This document shows, piece by piece, positions 1-8,810 of a stretch of DNA of 64,000 bases; within the stretch, counting starts at the first letter, position 1; every line of letters begins with the position of its first letter. The stretch lies in IMG/VR virus record IMGVR_UViG_3300027747_004417; one strand, written 5' to 3'. The notes below the pieces were generated by a model. The model saw only the letters and a program-made list of their open reading frames with translations, had not been told where the DNA came from and searched no databases. Origin of the DNA: a virus. Position numbers and translations under genes: made by a program.

Positions 1-78
1 CCACCGCCACCACCACCACCACCGCCACCGCCACCACCACCACCACCACCACCACCACCACCACCACCACCACCGCCA
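1..78 (+). repeat. CCA/CCG trinucleotide repeat encoding poly-Pro
   Basis: (CCR)26 read directly; may continue upstream of the window. Confidence 0.95.
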
Positions 79-720
79 TCATATACGATTGTGGCTGCTC
101 AGAGTCTCAATGCACAATCGGAATTTAGCTTTAAACTAAAAGAAGAAAAAGAATGGAACATACCACTTCCAGACTTTAATTACGACCCATCACAAGACTT
201 TAAATTCGATCCAGAGATTAATGAATACGTAGACGAAGAAGGAAACTTAGTTTATATTTTAAACGACGCATGTTCTATTCCATGTGAAATAGCAGAAGTT
301 AGCGTAGAGTTTGATGGGTGCTGTATGTTGCATCCGGCAGCTTCTGGTGGAGGAGGGCTAGCATTTAGCTTTTTACCAGCAAAAGCTGGGACTGTTACCG
401 TTAATGCACCTGATGAATCAGGTTGTGCCAAAATAATTGTTAAAATAAATGGACAAGAGACAAAGAGTCTTTTTGTAGAAGCTTGTGAGCCTGTGGCCAT
501 AATAGTAGGAGTAGAGCCAAAAGACCCATCAGAAGGTGGACAACCAGAATGTTGTAATGCATGTGCTTTCGTAACAGCCCAACCAAATCAGCTCATACCG
601 GAATGCGAAGGAGCCGTACCTCTGCTCAAGAAGACAGACAAAAATACGGGTAAAAGTAAAACCTTCCTAAACAAAAAGAAACTAATAAATGAAATTAAGA
701 AACGTCGTCACAACAAATAA
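1..720 (+). CDS. 5'-truncated poly-proline / Cys-rich protein (ORF starts upstream of the window)
   Basis: Frame 1 is open from base 1: 26 consecutive Pro codons then SYTIVAAQSLNAQ, in frame with track ORF 91..720; Cys-rich middle, basic C-terminal tail. Confidence 0.85.
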   Translation, partial: PPPPPPPPPPPPPPPPPPPPPPPPPPSYTIVAAQSLNAQSEFSFKLKEEKEWNIPLPDFNYDPSQDFKFDPEINEYVDEEGNLVYILNDACSIPCEIAEVSVEFDGCCMLHPAASGGGGLAFSFLPAKAGTVTVNAPDESGCAKIIVKINGQETKSLFVEACEPVAIIVGVEPKDPSEGGQPECCNACAFVTAQPNQLIPECEGAVPLLKKTDKNTGKSKTFLNKKKLINEIKKRRHNK

Positions 721-724
721 AAGA

Positions 725-1294
725 TTAAAAAGCATATTCACGGCTCTTATCATAAGTTAAAAAAGAAGCAATAGTGTACCTAGTACCTTTGGTAACTTTT
801 GAGACGCCATGAAGATACTCAAGGTTGCCAGGAAAAATCGCTGAGTATCCAACCTTAGCCTTTATTGTTATATTCTGGTTTGGGAGATAAAGATCACCTC
901 CTTCGAAGTCTTCATTCAAAAAAGTTACAGTGCCGAAATCTCTCCAGAAAAATTCATGTTTAGAGCCATCAGGGTTTTCTGCATCTGCGTGAGGCATTAA
1001 TTCATAACCTTCTGTCCAGCGTACCAAATGAAGACTATCGATATAGATGTCCCTCTCACAAGCAGTAAGACTCACAAACTCCGAAAGAAGGAATTTTTTA
1101 TGCTCTTTCAGAATGTCAATTAGCCCATGGTCTTTTATCTGACTAGTGTAGATAGTGCGACCTTGCCAATACCCGGGACCCAAGCTGCCAAATTCTTCTT
1201 GATGACTGTTTATGTAATCAATGATTTCAGCAGCGTGTTTTTTAATTACAGGGTTCTCAAAAATTAAAGGCATAGATTTCATTGTAATCTCCAA
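725..1294 (-). CDS. 2OG-Fe(II) oxygenase, prolyl-4-hydroxylase-like
   Basis: HxD (PHADAEN), FEGGDL, distal His and Arg (LHGVSKVTKGTRYTIASF). Confidence 0.85.
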   Translation of the reverse strand: MEITMKSMPLIFENPVIKKHAAEIIDYINSHQEEFGSLGPGYWQGRTIYTSQIKDHGLIDILKEHKKFLLSEFVSLTACERDIYIDSLHLVRWTEGYELMPHADAENPDGSKHEFFWRDFGTVTFLNEDFEGGDLYLPNQNITIKAKVGYSAIFPGNLEYLHGVSKVTKGTRYTIASFLTYDKSREYAF

Positions 1295-1302
1295 TTTCTT
1301 GA

Positions 1303-2073
1303 TTAGTTTTTATCTAAATGAGTCTGGTGGTCTGCGAACTTATTGCCGTAAACATCTTCCCCACGCCAGTATCTTTTGCCGTTTCCATTCTTTTTATGAA
1401 TATCTTCTTGACTTCTTTCTGTCCCAAAGTCCTTACTGCACTTTCTTTCTTCCTCGATAATATCTTTGCTCAAAAAAGAAGTTGCATCTACAACGCTTGA
1501 AATGTAAAACTTGTCTATAAAGTGTCTCTGGTACGGTATAAAGCATCCTATAAAGTCTCCCTTGTTAACTCTAACACAATAGTTAGGCCTAGTGAGCCTT
1601 AGGTTATACGTAAAATCTCTTCTAAGATTGTCTGTTTCAATAACTCCGCTCATATGATAAATCCCATCAATGTAGTAGTTTGGAGGATTAATGGTAAAAA
1701 GATTAACGCCCTGAGGAGTTCTTATTTGGTAAGGCATCTGCACCGTGAAAGTTCCCATCCCAAAGTGGGACTGTATGCTTTGCAAGGTCTTTGTTTTTTG
1801 ATATTCAGAATCATTGGTTAGAATCTTAATAACGACATCTTGCGGGGTGTTGCCACCGTTCCATGTTGCCTCAAAGTCATACAAAGACTTAACCACAAAA
1901 CCACATTGGTTGCCGATAACAAGTGGCAAACAGTGGTAAGCGTGATCTACAAACCAATCTCGTTTGGTATTCCCTTTCAAGGATTCAAAGACGCTATCTA
2001 TACAATCCTGTTTCTGCCATGTCGGATCGCATGAAATTGCGTACATCATTCCCTCAGGCACACTTATCCCCAT
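1303..2073 (-). CDS. DUF6065-like phage protein
   Basis: YHCLPLVIGNQCGF, TPQGVNLF, GVIETDNLRRDFTYNL resemble the DUF6065 family as recalled; GAGGA RBS. Confidence 0.65.
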   Translation of the reverse strand: MGISVPEGMMYAISCDPTWQKQDCIDSVFESLKGNTKRDWFVDHAYHCLPLVIGNQCGFVVKSLYDFEATWNGGNTPQDVVIKILTNDSEYQKTKTLQSIQSHFGMGTFTVQMPYQIRTPQGVNLFTINPPNYYIDGIYHMSGVIETDNLRRDFTYNLRLTRPNYCVRVNKGDFIGCFIPYQRHFIDKFYISSVVDATSFLSKDIIEEERKCSKDFGTERSQEDIHKKNGNGKRYWRGEDVYGNKFADHQTHLDKN

Positions 2074-2085
2074 ATATTCCTCGCA

Positions 2086-4116
2086 TTAAGACAAAGATTT
2101 TGACTCTTCTATAATTTTGTCAACAATTTCCAGTTTCAAATTCAGGGTCTTCTTCAAAACATTGCGATCACAGTTAGCAATATCATTTGCATTCTTAATC
2201 CCTGATTCAAAAAGCTTATTAGCTCTAGCTCTGCCTATGTTAGGGATCTTGCACAAAGGAATTAAATGAGGCGGAACTCCATGCTTTATCCTTTCTTCTA
2301 GTTCCTGTATCCAGGACTTAGAAGCGTAATCCTTAGCAAAGCTATTCAAAGAGTAAAGAACCTGTGAAAGCCTATTAAAGTCTAGTTGAATGTTTCTCTG
2401 GAGTGCGGCAAAAGCAGGATTGTGTTTGCCTTTCAAAAGGTTGAAATAACAAAATCCGTATTTACAAGACCCATCTGTTAAAAACTTATTTGTTTTATTC
2501 GAAAGCACCTTGTTCTTGTAAGAAAACATTTCTTCTTTTTCAGCCTTCGAAACAATAGGGTTGCTCCTATTAGAATCTAAGTTACCTAAAGCTGTTGAAA
2601 TATAGAAGTCATCATTCTGCTTGTTGTTGTCGAATAGAAACTTTACATTAAAAAATAAATCCGACACATCAAATGGGCTGAAGTAAAACAGAGTGGAAAC
2701 CTTGCCTATAACCCTAGCAAACCACTCTCCATTTTCCTCCTGACCTATCGCTCCACACTTAGAAAGAATGCTTAATGTCTCATCAACTATGTTGTCCTTT
2801 AAAGGTTTATTTTGAAAGTAGGCAAGTGATCTTTCGTACCATTTATGAACATCCTCAGTTGTTTTGACTGATCCATAGTAGATTTCACCCACCAAATGAA
2901 AGGCGAGATTCCTATAAGAAGCACCAGTTTTAGATAAAAGCTGTGATTCTATGTTTGTTGGTTTAGCGAGTCTTTCTTTGTGCCTGAGCTGTTCCGCCTC
3001 TGGGACTAGGACATAAGCATCGCCCATGGGGTCTATTCCTAATCTACCCGATCTTCCTATCATTTGAGTGACGTCATAGGACTCAACTTCATCCGTGCCA
3101 CGGTGAACACCTAAAATTATTACTCTTCTTGCCGGAAGGTTGCACCCCCAGGCCAAGGTGCTAGTCGCCACTACGACTCTTGGAATTTTTTCATTCCTAA
3201 AACGATTCTCTAAACCAACTCTATCTTCCTTGTCTAAATCCGCATTGTGAAACTCTGCAGTTATGTTTGCTTTAAGCAGTTCTTTTTTCATAAGCTCACC
3301 CGTCTTTTTTGTGTGAGCAAATATCAAGAATTTATCTTCTGGGTAATAGGAGACTATCTCCATTGCGTAATTAACTTTTTCTTGCTCATGCATTGAGTAT
3401 CCACGAACATCATCTGAGTAAACCTCATAATGAATGTTTAAAGGTACGGGTCTATAAGAAGAATTTAGAATAAATGTTTCTTTTTGAGTAAGTCCATAAG
3501 ATATCCATCCTGCTACTTCTTCTACGTTCGGCATGGTAGCAGAAAGAAATATAATTCTGGATTTTCTATTTAGTTGGGTGAATTTCATCAATCCAACTTC
3601 TAAATGATCGCCTCTTCCTGGGACCGTTAAAAGATGGGCCTCGTCAACCACTAAAGTACCAACATCTTTTAAAAAACCACTTTGTTCTGATTTGAAATTT
3701 CTACTTCTGTGTGAAAGCATTTCAGAAGTCATAATGATTAGATCTGCTTCTTCAAGCTCCTTAGACCTAGCCTTAGTGATTCTATAATCACCTGTACATA
3801 TAGAAATTTTCAAATCTTTAAAATGATATTTTGGGTCTGTCCATTGATCTATCTTTTCTTGTGCCAACGCTCGCATAGGAACAAGGAAAAGACCTTTGCC
3901 CCCTCTTTGCCTAATTTCTTGTGCGAGGAACTGTTCTGCTATTACGGTCTTTCCAGCACTTGTAGATGCTGAAATCAGCCCGTTAACATCTTTATCATAA
4001 AACTCCATTATCCTGCTCTGAACAGGATTGAAACTGGAGAAAGGCCAAGAGGCAAAAGGATAATCAGTGGTAGAAACTAAAGTGTTGTTATCCGTAACTT
4101 TTATAAGAGGTGGCAT
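2086..4116 (-). CDS. Ski2/Hel308-like SF2 helicase with C-terminal HhH
   Basis: ASTSAGKT, VVDEAH, LSATMPN, ATSTLAWGCNLPA, QMIGRSGR, C-terminal IPNIGRARA. Confidence 0.9.
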   Translation of the reverse strand: MPPLIKVTDNNTLVSTTDYPFASWPFSSFNPVQSRIMEFYDKDVNGLISASTSAGKTVIAEQFLAQEIRQRGGKGLFLVPMRALAQEKIDQWTDPKYHFKDLKISICTGDYRITKARSKELEEADLIIMTSEMLSHRSRNFKSEQSGFLKDVGTLVVDEAHLLTVPGRGDHLEVGLMKFTQLNRKSRIIFLSATMPNVEEVAGWISYGLTQKETFILNSSYRPVPLNIHYEVYSDDVRGYSMHEQEKVNYAMEIVSYYPEDKFLIFAHTKKTGELMKKELLKANITAEFHNADLDKEDRVGLENRFRNEKIPRVVVATSTLAWGCNLPARRVIILGVHRGTDEVESYDVTQMIGRSGRLGIDPMGDAYVLVPEAEQLRHKERLAKPTNIESQLLSKTGASYRNLAFHLVGEIYYGSVKTTEDVHKWYERSLAYFQNKPLKDNIVDETLSILSKCGAIGQEENGEWFARVIGKVSTLFYFSPFDVSDLFFNVKFLFDNNKQNDDFYISTALGNLDSNRSNPIVSKAEKEEMFSYKNKVLSNKTNKFLTDGSCKYGFCYFNLLKGKHNPAFAALQRNIQLDFNRLSQVLYSLNSFAKDYASKSWIQELEERIKHGVPPHLIPLCKIPNIGRARANKLFESGIKNANDIANCDRNVLKKTLNLKLEIVDKIIEESKSLS

Positions 4117-4135
4117 ATTTTCTTCTCAAAAAGAA

Positions 4136-4172
4136 AAATAAGGCCCCATAAGCCTTTTATGGGACCTTATTT
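4136..4172 (-). terminator. Intrinsic terminator
   Basis: Minus-strand stem aaataaggtcccataa/ttatggggccttattt followed by a T-rich run, just after the 84-aa gene. Confidence 0.7.
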
Positions 4173-4184
4173 GAATAGATTCAA

Positions 4185-4439
4185 TTAAGCAGCAGACTGC
4201 CTGTTTTCATCTTCTTTTTCAACAATAAGCTGGAATGAGTCCAGCATATCATAAAAGTCCTCACAAGACGAGGCAGAAGAAAACCATCTATCTATTTCTT
4301 TTGTAGAACTAAGGAAATCAATAACTTCGGCGGTATCGCCTAGCAGTCTTTGAGTTAGTCTTTGGGTCAGAAACTTTAGATTCTCATCGGAAAGACGCTG
4401 GCAATACTCTTTCAAGTATGTGTCTATAGGCTTTTTCAT
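4185..4439 (-). CDS. Hypothetical protein
   Basis: 84-aa ORF with GGAG RBS and downstream terminator. Confidence 0.7.
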   Translation of the reverse strand: MKKPIDTYLKEYCQRLSDENLKFLTQRLTQRLLGDTAEVIDFLSSTKEIDRWFSSASSCEDFYDMLDSFQLIVEKEDENRQSAA

Positions 4440-4450
4440 ACTTTGCTCCT

Positions 4451-4780
4451 ATGATCATTAACGAAGAAAACTTAGAAAAAATACTTGTCGCAAATTGGAC
4501 TCAATTTATCGACTCAAAGCTGCTAAGGGATTTTGTACAAAACGAAGTACCTAAAAACCTAAACAGCCTTATTAATATACCTGTAAAAAAGTTGTCGATC
4601 AATACCAATCGTGTTTCTTTATCAAGATTTTCTCCACACCAAAATGGGTATATTTTATGGATAGAATTTGTCCTAAAGGTTAAAGATAAAATAGCAGAGG
4701 GAACCATAGAGGGGTTTACCTCGGCTAAAGAAAAAACAATAAAGCTTATTGAAGTTAATGGTTGTCTACACGAAGCCTAG
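4451..4780 (+). CDS. Hypothetical protein
   Basis: 109-aa ORF filling the gap between neighbours. Confidence 0.6.
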   Translation: MIINEENLEKILVANWTQFIDSKLLRDFVQNEVPKNLNSLINIPVKKLSINTNRVSLSRFSPHQNGYILWIEFVLKVKDKIAEGTIEGFTSAKEKTIKLIEVNGCLHEA

Positions 4781-5079
4781 ACAACATCAACACGTCTGAC
4801 CTCTACTCCCTGATGGTCTACGAACTTGTCCTCTAAGACAAAATTCTTTCCATCGTCAGAGAACTTTAGGCCTAAGTTATAGGGATCTATTGCAGCGGAA
4901 CGATCTTTATGAGTTGCGATCACCCAGCAGTAATCGTCTTTTACAATAAAGCCACCAGTTTCATCCTCTTGGGTGACGCCTATTTCAAGGACCACTCCAT
5001 CGGGAAGAAGTAACTCGATCTGGCCGTGCTTTAGAAGGTAATCAATGAGAAGATGCTGAATTTTACCCTTAGAAGACAT
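4777..5079 (-). CDS. Hypothetical protein
   Basis: 100-aa ORF, AGGAGG RBS. Confidence 0.75.
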   Translation of the reverse strand: MSSKGKIQHLLIDYLLKHGQIELLLPDGVVLEIGVTQEDETGGFIVKDDYCWVIATHKDRSAAIDPYNLGLKFSDDGKNFVLEDKFVDHQGVEVRRVDVV

Positions 5080-5146
5080 GTAACATCCTCCTACGTAAAT
5101 GTCAAATTATATATGATAGAAACAAGTATCTTTTGAAAATAAAAAC

Positions 5147-5182
5147 AAAAAAGGCTACCCCGAATTTCAGGATAGCCTTTTT
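5147..5182 (-). terminator. Intrinsic terminator
   Basis: Minus-strand stem aaaaggctatcc/gggtagcctttt followed by a T-rich run. Confidence 0.7.
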
Positions 5183-5200
5183 AAACCAAACATATCAGAA

Positions 5201-5425
5201 TCAGGCTTCAACTAAGAAACCGAGATCGCCAAGGCCTTGGACTGCATCGCTGAATGAACCACCATCAACAACGTTTCCAACCATTTTACGATCTGATCCG
5301 TCAACAACCAAAACCATATTGACTGTTCTCTGGATTGAGTGGCCGTTTACGACGGCTGTGTCTAGCCCACCCTCTGTTGTATAATTTCTCAATGAGGGAG
5401 TAAGCTTTGCTGTATAACTTGCCAT
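5201..5425 (-). CDS. Small hypothetical protein (74 aa)
   Basis: AAGGAG RBS, own terminator. Confidence 0.8.
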   Translation of the reverse strand: MASYTAKLTPSLRNYTTEGGLDTAVVNGHSIQRTVNMVLVVDGSDRKMVGNVVDGGSFSDAVQGLGDLGFLVEA

Positions 5426-5488
5426 ATTATCTCCTTTTGCAAAAAGTAGAATTCTACTAATTATATATATGTTGATTTTCTATATTTT

Positions 5489-5953
5489 TCAATAAAAATT
5501 AACATAAGATGGGTTTATGTAGAAATACGGAGTTCCCTCAAAAACACAATTTTCACCATCTGCGTAGTATGGTAATTCCATGGGATTGCCAGAATGATCC
5601 TTGGCCAAAGACCAGCAATAAATCTTTCTATTGCTTTTAAATATTTCTACCAAAGAAAGATTTTCACTACCCAAGAAGGTTTTACCAACTTTTAGAACAA
5701 TACAAAAAGGTAAGAATGGTCCCACCTTGTTGTAAACCTGAAGCGTTTCTAAGAGGTAATCACCATAATCTGACTTTTGGTAATAAACTATTAGGGAGTA
5801 TCCATCAACGTATATTTCCCTCTCCCTGAATATGTCCAAATCCCCATCAAATAAAGAAGTAACGCTTTGAGGGTAAGTATAAGACAACAAAAGATTGCCC
5901 AAAGACCTCATGTTTGCAGCTACGTCGTTAAGGTTTTTTTCTTTTCCTACCAT
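5489..5953 (-). CDS. Hypothetical protein
   Basis: 154-aa ORF directly downstream of the amidoligase. Confidence 0.7.
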   Translation of the reverse strand: MVGKEKNLNDVAANMRSLGNLLLSYTYPQSVTSLFDGDLDIFREREIYVDGYSLIVYYQKSDYGDYLLETLQVYNKVGPFLPFCIVLKVGKTFLGSENLSLVEIFKSNRKIYCWSLAKDHSGNPMELPYYADGENCVFEGTPYFYINPSYVNFY

Positions 5954-5967
5954 ACAGTATATACGAA

Positions 5968-6939
5968 TTAAATTTTCTGAAATATTTTTTCTAGCTTAAA
6001 GACCTCTGCGTATGAACGACTTTTAAAAGAACGACTAAAAATCCCAAACTCTAAATAGTCTTTTCCATACTTTAAGAGCCGTTTAAGCAGCCAACTCCTA
6101 AGAATACTAAGCCTAGGAGACAAAACCTCGAAATCAAAGTTCAAGAACTTAAATGCATCTAAAGGATCAAGCCAACAGTATCCAGAAAAAGGGTCCCTGT
6201 TTAAAAATGCAGGAGGTCCAGAAGAAATAGAGCAGTTAATAAAATGATGCAACAAAGAAATCCAACATAGAGAATCGTCAGGGTTAAGACAACAAGAGTT
6301 ATCCATAATCCTAAATTCTAAAGATTTTCTTCTTGCATGATGATAATGAAAAGTATTAAGAGTGTAATATTTTGTAGTACCAAGCTTTTCGATAAAATAA
6401 GAAATATCATGAGGAGAAAATACAGAGTCTATGATGTTAGCTTGTGCTATAAGCCTACAGTAAGGATTAACCTTTCTTTTAATTGGCATTGCATCCATAA
6501 AAAAACTCTCAAGTTTAATCCACCATGATATAATCGACAACAGATCTTCTGAAGAAAGAGAAGACACATCAAAGTGGACATGATAGGAACACCTTGAGTC
6601 ACTTCTTATTCTGCTATCTTTTCTTAGGGATTCTATTACTTGAGAAATTGTTTTAGCACCAAACAGCCCTCTTAAAACAGGAGAGCAAACTTCAAGGCCG
6701 CAACTAGAGTCAGGCTTAACAACCCAATAATTATTGTCATGGTTGTTGCACCATTTAGAAACAAAAACACGCTCGCCTGAAAACTTGTTGACCAAAAAAG
6801 CAACATCATAAGTCCCTAGAGGAAGCGAACCACTAAGGTTGCCATCTGGTCTACTTTTAAGATCAAAAGAATTGAGCTCTATCTCAACGCCAAAAGGAAC
6901 ACTAAACTTCAAGTCTTTTGTAATATTTTCTGGCTGCAT
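5968..6939 (-). CDS. Putative amidoligase (COOH-NH2 ligase type 2, Amidoligase_2-like)
   Basis: FGVEIE, KPDSS-CGLEVCSP, CSYHVHFD, KYYTLN, LEFR motifs. Confidence 0.8.
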   Translation of the reverse strand: MQPENITKDLKFSVPFGVEIELNSFDLKSRPDGNLSGSLPLGTYDVAFLVNKFSGERVFVSKWCNNHDNNYWVVKPDSSCGLEVCSPVLRGLFGAKTISQVIESLRKDSRIRSDSRCSYHVHFDVSSLSSEDLLSIISWWIKLESFFMDAMPIKRKVNPYCRLIAQANIIDSVFSPHDISYFIEKLGTTKYYTLNTFHYHHARRKSLEFRIMDNSCCLNPDDSLCWISLLHHFINCSISSGPPAFLNRDPFSGYCWLDPLDAFKFLNFDFEVLSPRLSILRSWLLKRLLKYGKDYLEFGIFSRSFKSRSYAEVFKLEKIFQKI

Positions 6940-7025
6940 ATTACTAAGGTACTAAAAAATCAAAAGAAGATCAATCCTCATTGATTAATAAAAACTTACA
7001 TCTATAATTAGTTGGAGGACAAAAT

Positions 7026-7472
7026 ATGAAATGTTTAATGATAGAAACCAAGGATAAAAGAAGATTTTTTACGAGCAAGAGTAATTTCTTACAACTAAAT
7101 GAATTTATCAAAGTATTTAAGCCAAACGTATTCATAGTAGAAATGAAAAAAGGCGAACTTCTAGATATAGAAGACTTAGCAAACCTGCTATGCGACACTG
7201 AGTACAAAAAAGATCATGATATTTTATATGAAGTAGTAAAAGAAGTGAAAATAGATCAAAACAAAAACAGTAAGATAGACACACAAAAGATCAGAGACTT
7301 CATTAAGAAGGAACTGATAAATAAAAAGACCATTTCACTCAAAAGAGTGAAAGAAAGATTTAAAAAGTATGACCTATCAGACTCCACCTACTACAACCAA
7401 ATAAAGGCTGTAAAGACAGAGCTGAGTAGCAGAGGATTCAAGTTTGTAAAGATGAAAAACAGAAAAAATTGA
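7026..7472 (+). CDS. Hypothetical basic protein, possible C-terminal HTH
   Basis: 148 aa, GGAGG RBS; C-terminal ISLKRVKERF..LSDSTYYN resembles a helix-turn-helix. Confidence 0.55.
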   Translation: MKCLMIETKDKRRFFTSKSNFLQLNEFIKVFKPNVFIVEMKKGELLDIEDLANLLCDTEYKKDHDILYEVVKEVKIDQNKNSKIDTQKIRDFIKKELINKKTISLKRVKERFKKYDLSDSTYYNQIKAVKTELSSRGFKFVKMKNRKN

Positions 7473-7476
7473 TGAA

Positions 7477-8712
7477 TCACGAAAGATCTTCATCAATTTC
7501 ACTGTCGTCGAAGTCGCCCGCGACCTCATTAACCTCTACGTCACCCTCACTCTCGGGGTCAAAGTTTATAGCCAGCATGAAGGGCTCAAGGTAGTCTTTT
7601 ACCTCTTGCTCATTTGAAGCATCAATCAGGGCGGGGCACTTAATTAGAACCTCCATAGGAACATCGTTCCTATCTAAACTAGCCCTAAACTTAAATTCTA
7701 CATTGTCTTGAGTGAATGGAGCCTTAACAATAAAGTTACCAGCACTTTTTGCCTCAATTCTTTCTGCATCTAGCAGGCAAGAAAGAAGGCCGCTTAGAGG
7801 GTTAACCCCACGTTCAAACAAAAGCTGAACGTTGTCCGACTCTATGAAAGGTCTATGAGTCTTGTTCTTTACATTCTTAATTTTTACATTTATACCAAGG
7901 ATCTTTTTCTTAGTAGCAGTGATCTTTTTCTCAATCTTCATCTGAGTTTTGGTTTCTAGCCTGCATGAGGCGTAGAAAGGCAGTGCGTTTCCACCACCAG
8001 CAGTGGTTTTAGGCTGAAGTCCCATTGGGGCAAAACCACCTATTTTGTCACGAGTTTGATTGAGAATAACAACAGTAGCGTTATGCTTTTCCATAACGGT
8101 ATTCAGCTTCCTGAACTCTCTTGAGCAAATTTTTGCTCTCTCGCCGGGCTGCTCATGACCACCAACAATCTTCTTGAAGTCGGCCTTGGTGTAATCTTCT
8201 GGCAATTGTACTTCTTTTAGTTCACGGGCTGATGGTGAGACTCCGATAGAGTCGTAAACTATAACAATAGGAACTTCATTGCTCTTCTTTTCTCTAATAA
8301 ATTCTATTGTTTTGTACATCTTGGAAAAGACATCTTCCAAGCTTTCAGGAGTGTATCTAGCAACACGCTTAAGATTACAATGAGATGCCTTTGTTATAAA
8401 CTCTTTGTTGGCAGAGTTTTCACAATCTAAAAGTACAGGAACACCATTCATTCTTTGGCAACCATAAAGAACGTTTGTTCCAATCAAGCTTTTAGAAGAA
8501 GAACTCGGACCATATATTTCAGTAAGCTTACCACCTGGAACGCCGCCCCCTATGAATTTACCTGAGCAAACGTAATTCAGAGCCAGCGACCCAGTATCAA
8601 TAAAATACTTAATGCTATCTATCTTGTCTAATACATCGCCGCCAGTTTTTTCTGCAAGCTCTTCAAAAAAATTATCAAAATCATCTACTTCGTTGTTTTT
8701 TCTCTTAGCCAT
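7477..8712 (-). CDS. uvsX: RecA/UvsX recombinase
   Basis: GKLTEIYGPSSSSKS, IVYDSI, VILNQTR, GGGNALPFYASCRL, KNKT; acidic tail. Confidence 0.93.
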   Translation of the reverse strand: MAKRKNNEVDDFDNFFEELAEKTGGDVLDKIDSIKYFIDTGSLALNYVCSGKFIGGGVPGGKLTEIYGPSSSSKSLIGTNVLYGCQRMNGVPVLLDCENSANKEFITKASHCNLKRVARYTPESLEDVFSKMYKTIEFIREKKSNEVPIVIVYDSIGVSPSARELKEVQLPEDYTKADFKKIVGGHEQPGERAKICSREFRKLNTVMEKHNATVVILNQTRDKIGGFAPMGLQPKTTAGGGNALPFYASCRLETKTQMKIEKKITATKKKILGINVKIKNVKNKTHRPFIESDNVQLLFERGVNPLSGLLSCLLDAERIEAKSAGNFIVKAPFTQDNVEFKFRASLDRNDVPMEVLIKCPALIDASNEQEVKDYLEPFMLAINFDPESEGDVEVNEVAGDFDDSEIDEDLS

Positions 8713-8757
8713 TTTTGGACTCCTTTTGATTTGATTTACGATTTAGAAAAAATTAAT

Positions 8758-8795
8758 GAGTGGGGGTAGCAGCCCGATTGCTACTACCCCCACTC
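8758..8795 (-). terminator. Strong hairpin, probable terminator between ssb and uvsX
   Basis: 16-bp near-perfect inverted repeat gagtgggggtagcagc/gctactacccccactc. Confidence 0.65.
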
Positions 8796-8810
8796 GCCGT
8801 TCCCCACACC

